64,000 nucleotides of DNA from Balanoglossus misakiensis. Lineage: Eukaryota; Animalia; Hemichordata. The first letter of the stretch is position 1; the number at the start of each line of letters is the position of its first letter. The position numbers and the translations under genes were made by a program. The stretch is taken from NCBI GenBank assembly GCA_040954595.2, contig CM082587.2, positions 6,313,705 to 6,377,704 of the forward strand. Direction: 5' to 3'. Under the pieces are notes generated by a model. That model was not told where the DNA came from. It did not search any database and worked only from the letters and a program-made list of their open reading frames with translations. Below are positions 26,801 through 64,000 of this stretch, in pieces.

Positions 26801-27099
26801 GATGTACAATATTCATGATAATATACACATATCGATAGTATATCTATTTGCAATTTTACATGTGAGCTATGATATTACAAATAAAAAACAATGTCCTTCT
26901 CAGTTGGCACACCTTTATAGTTTCTACCATATCAATCAAAAAATTAAATTCAAATAGTCAACATTTGAATATATGTATCAGGTTAGTGTTTCTACATGAG
27001 CATTTGTTTTTCTAACTTTTAACGAAATATCATATTAGCAGTTACTGTAATTTGATCATATTTTGTAGTTTCCCGTACGATATCTCACCACAAATGAAA

Positions 27100-28776
27100 T
27101 TAAGTATTAAGAACGTATATTATCTTCTCGACTGCCAAATACTGAACACCATCTACGTTGAAAACGTGACATGCATCCAGATAGATTCCTGTATACATGT
27201 ACAGGACTTGGTATTCAACAAAATAGTCGCCTTCCAATTTGTACACGATAGAATTGGATAATTCGTTTACTACAACCAAAAAATGATGGTCACAATGCTC
27301 GATATAACATGCCTTTTCACTTCTCTCATTTATTGTAAATTTCTGATGAATTTCAAATGTTGAACTTGTCGTGTTCCATGCGTAAAGAGCGGAAGTGTAA
27401 CTATCAGATATTACTTGCATTAAGAATGCCTTACCTCGTATGTCAAAAATTAACATGTCTGATGTTGCACCCGACTCTGATAAATTTTGATGTTGAACAA
27501 ACATAGAAATACTTGCATCATATTTGTAAATATATGAGATGTATGGAAGAGTCGGGCTGAAACTGCTCCCCAGACAAAGGTAGAGATCTTGATCATTGGG
27601 TTGGAAGAATTCAACAACGGCCATATTCATATCAACATTGATTTCTTGAGAGCGTTGGAATCGGCTGTCGTTCAAGAAATACACAATTACAGTGTTCCCA
27701 GGATCGATGGAATCAAAAGGACTGTAAAAGGCATTCGCCAGAAAGGTATGTTTGTCTATGTCATATTGTACAAAGGCCCATCCCATTCTAAAGCCAGAGT
27801 CTCCTGATCCCATTGCGTCATCTTCCACCAGTTGTGCTCCGTTCCACTTATAAACAGTAATGCCATGCCAAGTATAATAATGTACATACGAACTATAGAA
27901 GTTGATGATGAAATAATTTTGTCCATTAACACTAAAAGATTTAAAACCATACCAATATTTCCGAAGACTATAATAACCCCTTGGTGTTATATTTTGTATT
28001 GTGTTCCATGTCCCATCACCCAGGACCAGGTAAACGTACAGCTCCTCATTTGTTACCACCAATACATATGTCTTGTTGTTCGAGTTGAAGGAATCCAAAC
28101 CAAGTATATGGGTCTGTACAGTGATGTCTGATGTAACCATCGTCAAATTCTGATACTCTTCAAATTTCAAATCACCATCGGGAATCGTTGCACAAGAACC
28201 TACGTTAGAAACAACAATGTGTATTTTGTTGAAACTTCAAAGACCATCAGTCATAAACGAAAGCAAAAAAAATTCAATTGCAATCGTCTTCCCATATAAA
28301 TTAAGACAAGTTTTCCTCCAAATATTGAGACTTTAGTGAGTCAAGTAAAAACAGCTTTGGTGTAGTGACAGAAAATGGTTGTTTTTATGAAGTACAAAAG
28401 CTGGACTACCTGAAGGAGAGTGCGCAGAAGAGTCGCCACAATTCAACTCTGACATCGTTTCATTCAATTCCTCTATCATATTTTGCTGTCTTTCCAACAG
28501 CCTTATGTGTTCGTCACGTCCAAGCTTCAACTCCTCAATTTCTCCTTTCAGTCTCTGCAGATCTATGATGGTTTCGCGAAGTGTTGGACTCTCCTGTCCA
28601 TCTGGCCTGGGAAGTGTAAAGACGTACGAGCAGACGTTGTCCTTGTAGCAGTCATCGCGTCGGTTTAGGCACTGGTAGTTTCCGCTAACAGTGGACTGAC
28701 TGGAAACCAGCGTGATGCAGCACTGATAGAAGCTTAAGGTTAAACACAACACCAGTAGTAGTGTGGTTCCTGACAT
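27100..28776 (-). CDS. Secreted ~488-aa protein: signal peptide, angiopoietin/FReP-like CSYVFTLP motif, coiled coil, C-terminal EPTP/EAR (TSPEAR/LGI-like) repeat propeller; exons 28776-28410 and 28199-27100
   Basis: Hydrophobic N-terminus; heptad-rich LRETIIDLQRLKGEIEELK; repeats of Y-x-W/Y-x(4-6)-F-x3-Q (VYKWNGAQLVE, IYKYDASISMFVQHQ, LYAWNTTSSTFEIHQ, VYKLEGDYFVEYQ); a phase-1 GT-AG intron joins the two ORFs in frame. Confidence 0.75.
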
Positions 28777-29818
28777 GGTGTAAACTTGGGTTTTTCTACG
28801 GTTAAAGTCAACGTCTTTGGACAACTGTCGGATCGTGTGTAGACCTATCTACATAAACACGAAATGAAAATGCTACCCTGGGATCGAAAGTGATGTACTG
28901 GTACTCACGTGATTCTCGAATCATCACCCGAGCTGACCCCAGTTTTCATTTGTACGTCAACTTTGTGCAGAAAATATGCTAATCATTCTTGCCTCTGTTG
29001 TTTCGATTGCCGAGAACTCTTTGTGACGTTGTTCAAGGAAGTCATTAAATAAATTGTGAAATTGAAGAAACTAAAGATGTTTGTTCCCCTCTATTATTTT
29101 GAGAGCCATGTTTTCAAATGTCATTGTTAGTGCTCCCGAGATAATGAGAATAGAGGGAAGACTCAGACAGATTTGTGTCCACTGTTTCTCAATGACTGTG
29201 GTACTGATAGTCTAGTACATTTTTGATACCATAAGAAGGCAATTTCATGCATTGTACGGATTTTACTGACATTTATACACAAGAATCAGGTTCACGGTTC
29301 CTCTTATGTAGTTTTGCCTTCCTTCGCTAGGTCATGAGTTACTTTCTGTTGCAACAGGAGTAATGAACAATTCAGAACGTTTGAAGATTCTGCTGGATTT
29401 GTCCTTAGTGAACGTCATTCACGAATACGTAAACATGCACTGAGATATCAGGTCAGACGCAAAGGCCAGTCAGTTCAATGACGTGATACCGAAAGCAAAA
29501 GATTTATTACATATTGCGATCTTGATAAAATCCTAGATACAAATGAAAATGCAATAAGTATCAAATGGGCAACGAGTATTGGTTTTCTACGCAGTTTATA
29601 TTCACAAATTCTCGCTACAAGAAATGTTGATAATGAAGCTTAATCCCAAAGAAAAGTTACAGTACAAATAAAAGTGATTATTTCCTGTGTCATTACGTGA
29701 AGTATGAACCCTGGAGAAAATCTAGGCTCATCATTGTAAACTGATATTGGACAAGCAGCGTCACGTAATGCCTTTTTATTTCTGCAACTTCGAGTTTCAC
29801 CTCGTTAATGTCACTACC

Positions 29819-60052
<30,234 letters not shown>

Positions 60053-60520
60053 CTTAAATTATAGAGACCGTGAGTATTTTAGAAATAACACCTCTCGACC
60101 CTCACTCACTTCTCCCTGCAAAACACATTATTGAAATGTCAATATTATAATGGTGAAACAACAACAAAACAGAGGATTGGGCTTGTTTGGCTTCTGTGTT
60201 GTAACTTTTCCTTGCTTTTGAATAAAACAATTGAAAAAGCAAAATACACACCAAAGTCAAATTCGTGAAAGAAGATATATGGAACTCTGGCGAAACGGCC
60301 AAGATCTAATGTCGGGTGTTTCGAAAATAGTAAGCTCATCCTGTCCCACATGTAACAACCGTGTTATATGAAAATTCGTAACAAAACAACCTGTAATTCG
60401 CATAAAGTAATGTCATTATGCACATACTGTTCCCATCAATGACCGTTTGTCTGGCACATGTGCGATGCTGTGGGTGTCAAGTGTTTGTGCTGAACGTTGA
60501 GCGTGTAACGAGCGAAATGA

Positions 60521-60975
60521 TTAATGTGCACTCATTTTAAACTCGTTATTTTGTGACAATACACAAGATGCCCCTTTTTACGATTTTAGACGTGTTAAGT
60601 TTCCGTTAATTTGGAGATGTGTATTGAACCTAATAATTAAATATTTACATTTTCATTATACAACAACTTATTAATCATTTTCTCTTTCATACATAGTAAC
60701 CTAATAATTAAATATTTACATTTTCATTATACTATATCATTTTCTCTTTCATACATTGTGTCTTTAAGAATCAATTGCCAAGTTGTTTTGTAAGGGTAGA
60801 ATTCTGACAAATAGAATTCCTCCAGAAAAGTTTAATGTGTGCTCTTTCTAAACTCGTTCTTTTGTGTCAATACACAAGATGCCCCTTTTTACGATTTTAA
60901 ACATGTAATGTCCCCTTAATTTGGAGATTGGAACCTTATAATTAAATATTCACATTTTCATTATACTATAATTTA
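60521..60975. repeat. Diverged local direct duplication (~310-bp period) with a nested ~70-bp duplication, upstream of the giant gene
   Basis: ACAATACACAAGATGCCCCTTTTTACGATTTTA occurs twice; AACCTAATAATTAAATATTTACATTTTCATTATA occurs three times. Confidence 0.75.
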
Positions 60976-61289
60976 TAGTTGCACCTCTGATGTTCCAGAG
61001 GTAATCTATATTGCAGCTCTGGGCGGTGCAAGTAACAACTGCTTCGATTAGGTGTCATAAAAAAAACCCTCATAATTCACAATCAGAGATGCCATGGCAG
61101 TTGTAATGAAAAAAACACACTTTTGCATCTTTAAAAATTGATTCACATTTGTAAAGACAATTAATAATTAAATTTCAATTCCATGTTTCCCAGGATATGC
61201 ATAGGCAATTTGAAAATACATCATAAAACTCCGCTGTTACTTTTCTTAACAGTCTACTGTAAGAAATATGGATCTACTTCAACGTCAAA

Positions 61290-61350
61290 TGTATTGTATT
61301 GTATTGTATTGTATTGTATTGTATTGTATTGTATTGTATTGTATTGTATG
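61290..61350. repeat. (TGTAT)n microsatellite
   Basis: Direct observation, ~11 perfect units. Confidence 0.95.
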
Positions 61351-64000
61351 TTGTGGTTTGAACTACATAGAGAGATATGGGTGTTATAAGCTCACAGTTT
61401 ATCAGTGTACGCCTGTGATTATAACAAGCATATAAGTTCAGGATTTGGCTTTTTGTGTGTAGTATAAATGTGCGACTGCTGAAAGGAACTGCAAACTCTC
61501 GTCAAATGGTCTCAAGGCAAAATTCAGTGTGACGTATGCTGATGAATAGGTTACTAGCAGCTCAACTTTCCTGGAAAGGGAAGTAGAGTACATTTTCTTT
61601 AGTGCATCACAGTACAGTGACAAAGGCATCGCACTGTTGATGTAAGGGGACAACTATTTAGGGGGGGGGTGGATGGAGGATTTTTGGAGAATAAATTGTT
61701 GGCAGATGGTGCAGGGGGGGACATATTTCTTCTGCAAATTCTGGAGAGAGAAAATAGACATGGCACTAGAAAAAAAATTGCTGGGGCAGTGGCTAAAAAA
61801 ATGGCTAATATACCAAATCCTCGATAGGTTGTTCTGAATTCAAAAAGACATAAAGATTTTCACATGTATTTGAATTGACGTATGTAGACATTCATGTTAG
61901 AAGGCATTGATGAAAACGTCAAATGTACAATGCTTCCATCGAAAAACAACCTAATGAGGTACCATTTATACAAATATTGATCTTGCCCTCCATCAGGGGT
62001 ATTCATATGCGCCAATTATTCATGATCAACCTGTTTTATTACCCCGCCATCATTTAGTATATCTAATTGTACAATTAGACTATTTGAAAGACGGTATAGG
62101 GTGACTCTTCGCCAACTTAACTCAGTCATTAAACTTGCGCGATATCGACAAAGAGCGTATATACGTCATGCTACCATAATAACACAGCATGGTGTTAACA
62201 TAGAGACATCAAAGGCTTTCTTTTCGGGGTGTTTGATGCAGCGATTATTGACATAGTCTGAATGAAACTCTTACTTGAGCTAAATGGTAATATTTAGGGG
62301 CCGGAAATGAGTCTTGATCTTAACCAATTTTTATTTAGTGGCGTACAGCCAAAGGTGTTATATGGAAATTAACCCACGAACAAAATGGCGTGAAATGAGA
62401 CTACGCACGTATTTAGTTTTTGTATTTCTGAACTTGTTTATTCGAGTCACAACAAAAGGATACGCACGTATCTTTACAGTAAAAGGAGACTCACTCTTCC
62501 TAGAGCCTGGGGTGTTTATTGAGGTTTTAACATGGCTTTGTCTCTGAATTTGAATCGGACTCTTAGCTCCAATTATGTTTTCGCAGTGTCCCAGTCAATG
62601 TTCTGAACTCATCTGAATATTTATGGTTGGTCGTTGTCGCGATTTCTGTGCATCCGGGCAGTGAAATCCCACGCATCTATAATCATGTCAAGTTTCAAAA
62701 CTATTCATGAAAACTCTGGCGTCAGCCAAACTTTACACAGTAATGACAAAGCTACAGTCGAAAACGTTAACACGGAAAACCAAATGGCCATTCAAAGACG
62801 TAGACACGCTATTTTGGGTGTGCTCATAACTATTACCTTGTACTTTTTCCATCTGATCCAAAAACAGGCATACAAACTTCATTCGATAATACTGAACTAC
62901 GAACATCACTACATTGTCATTTATAATCCCTTCCGCTTATTCCCTCATGAACATTGGGCATTGATACGGAATCAAATCTTGCACTCATCCCTCGCAAGTC
63001 AAGAACACCTTTCTCCTTTGTCGATGTGACGCTGTAGACAGTAGCCAGAAAAACTCACAGCTAATTGGAGATTTCGTCGAAAAGATTGTGTCCTATTTTT
63101 TTCCTAATCCATCCTAGTCACGAGTTTCTTCACATCTTACCAGTATAAGTAGCGTTATCAAGACTCTGTCAAGCATCAGCATTTATCCTTCCTGCATCGT
63201 GACTCAGGGAACTCTGAAAAGGCAGCAAGTTCCTAGATCTTCCTCATTGCCCATGATTTCCCGGGGAAATCATTTAATGGATTATGCTATTTCTCCCTTT
63301 GTGAAGTGAGCTGGTTATGAACAGTCAAGGTAATTGACCCTGCTTTACAGTGTACCCTGGCGGGCATTGAAGAATCACACTAACGTGTTCAATTTTTCTT
63401 CGAACTTGTTTATCAAAAAAACTGACAGCAAAACGCAAGAACTCACATTTGCTGTTACCATGATACAGTTTGGCCATCGTAATTTTGGTATGTAACTGGG
63501 AAATGTCCAATTCATTTGGAGTAAAATTCTCCCTCCATTTTATATTCAAAGCATTATAAAAAGCAAGCCTGAAATCCGCCCAAATTAGGTAAACGTGGTA
63601 ATCCGCACAGATGGTCGGTGTTTTCTTGTACTGTATCAGGCAATAAAATGTGCATATTTTCAATTTGTTGCTTAGCAGATTAGGCTTAAATTTCACAACC
63701 AAGTAACAACCTGGTTGTTACTTTAAAGTCATTAGCAACCACTCCATTCAGCCATTTAAATATTGTTGCATAACAGTCTCATGCCCTAATGAACAACACA
63801 CGTAAGCACAAACAACTTAATGAAAGTAATGATACATGAAATTCCAAAACCATTCTTCCTCAATTTGAAAAATAGGTGCATACCACCCATCATTGGGAAT
63901 GTTGATTTTGATATGTTCCTTATGAAGGTCAAATGGACGTGTACCGGTATATCATAACTTGCAAATAACCATATGTAGGGAAGGAGGTCAAAAAGTAGTG

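Noticed and set aside
62314-63702. ORFs of 77-131 aa at the window end as a gene or transposase remnant
   Set aside because: No recognisable domain motif or coherent exon chain by eye; a translated search would be needed

Overview
Eukaryotic, intron-rich genomic DNA, most consistent with an invertebrate deuterostome (hemichordate/echinoderm/amphioxus-like; species not determinable here). Five protein-coding genes were assembled by hand from splice sites and reading-frame phases; internal boundaries may be off by a few nt. (1) A GT29 sialyltransferase of the ST6GALNAC3-6 type (+, 349-3788). (2) The GPI transamidase catalytic subunit PIGK/GPI8 (-, 5892-9335). (3) An AK5-like adenylate kinase with three AK domains and an ankyrin insert (+, 10166-23898). 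(4) A two-exon secreted protein with an angiopoietin-like N-terminus, coiled coil and EPTP/EAR-like repeats (-, 27100-28776). (5) A ~30 kb, ~44-exon gene (-, 29819-60052) encoding a ~3,100-aa secreted protein. Gene 5 is the stand-out. It has a vitamin-K-type propeptide and Gla domain with clotting-factor-like exon structure, then ~77 Notch/fibropellin-type EGF repeats (one with RGD), and ends in an EGF/neuregulin-like ErbB-ligand module with no transmembrane segment. This suggests a membrane-lipid-anchored, very long tethered growth-factor or bridging ligand. Genes 1-3 match the human ST6GALNAC5-PIGK-AK5 order and orientation. Introns carry several TTAA-flanked MITE-like elements, microsatellites and a 4x103-bp tandem duplication of an exon.
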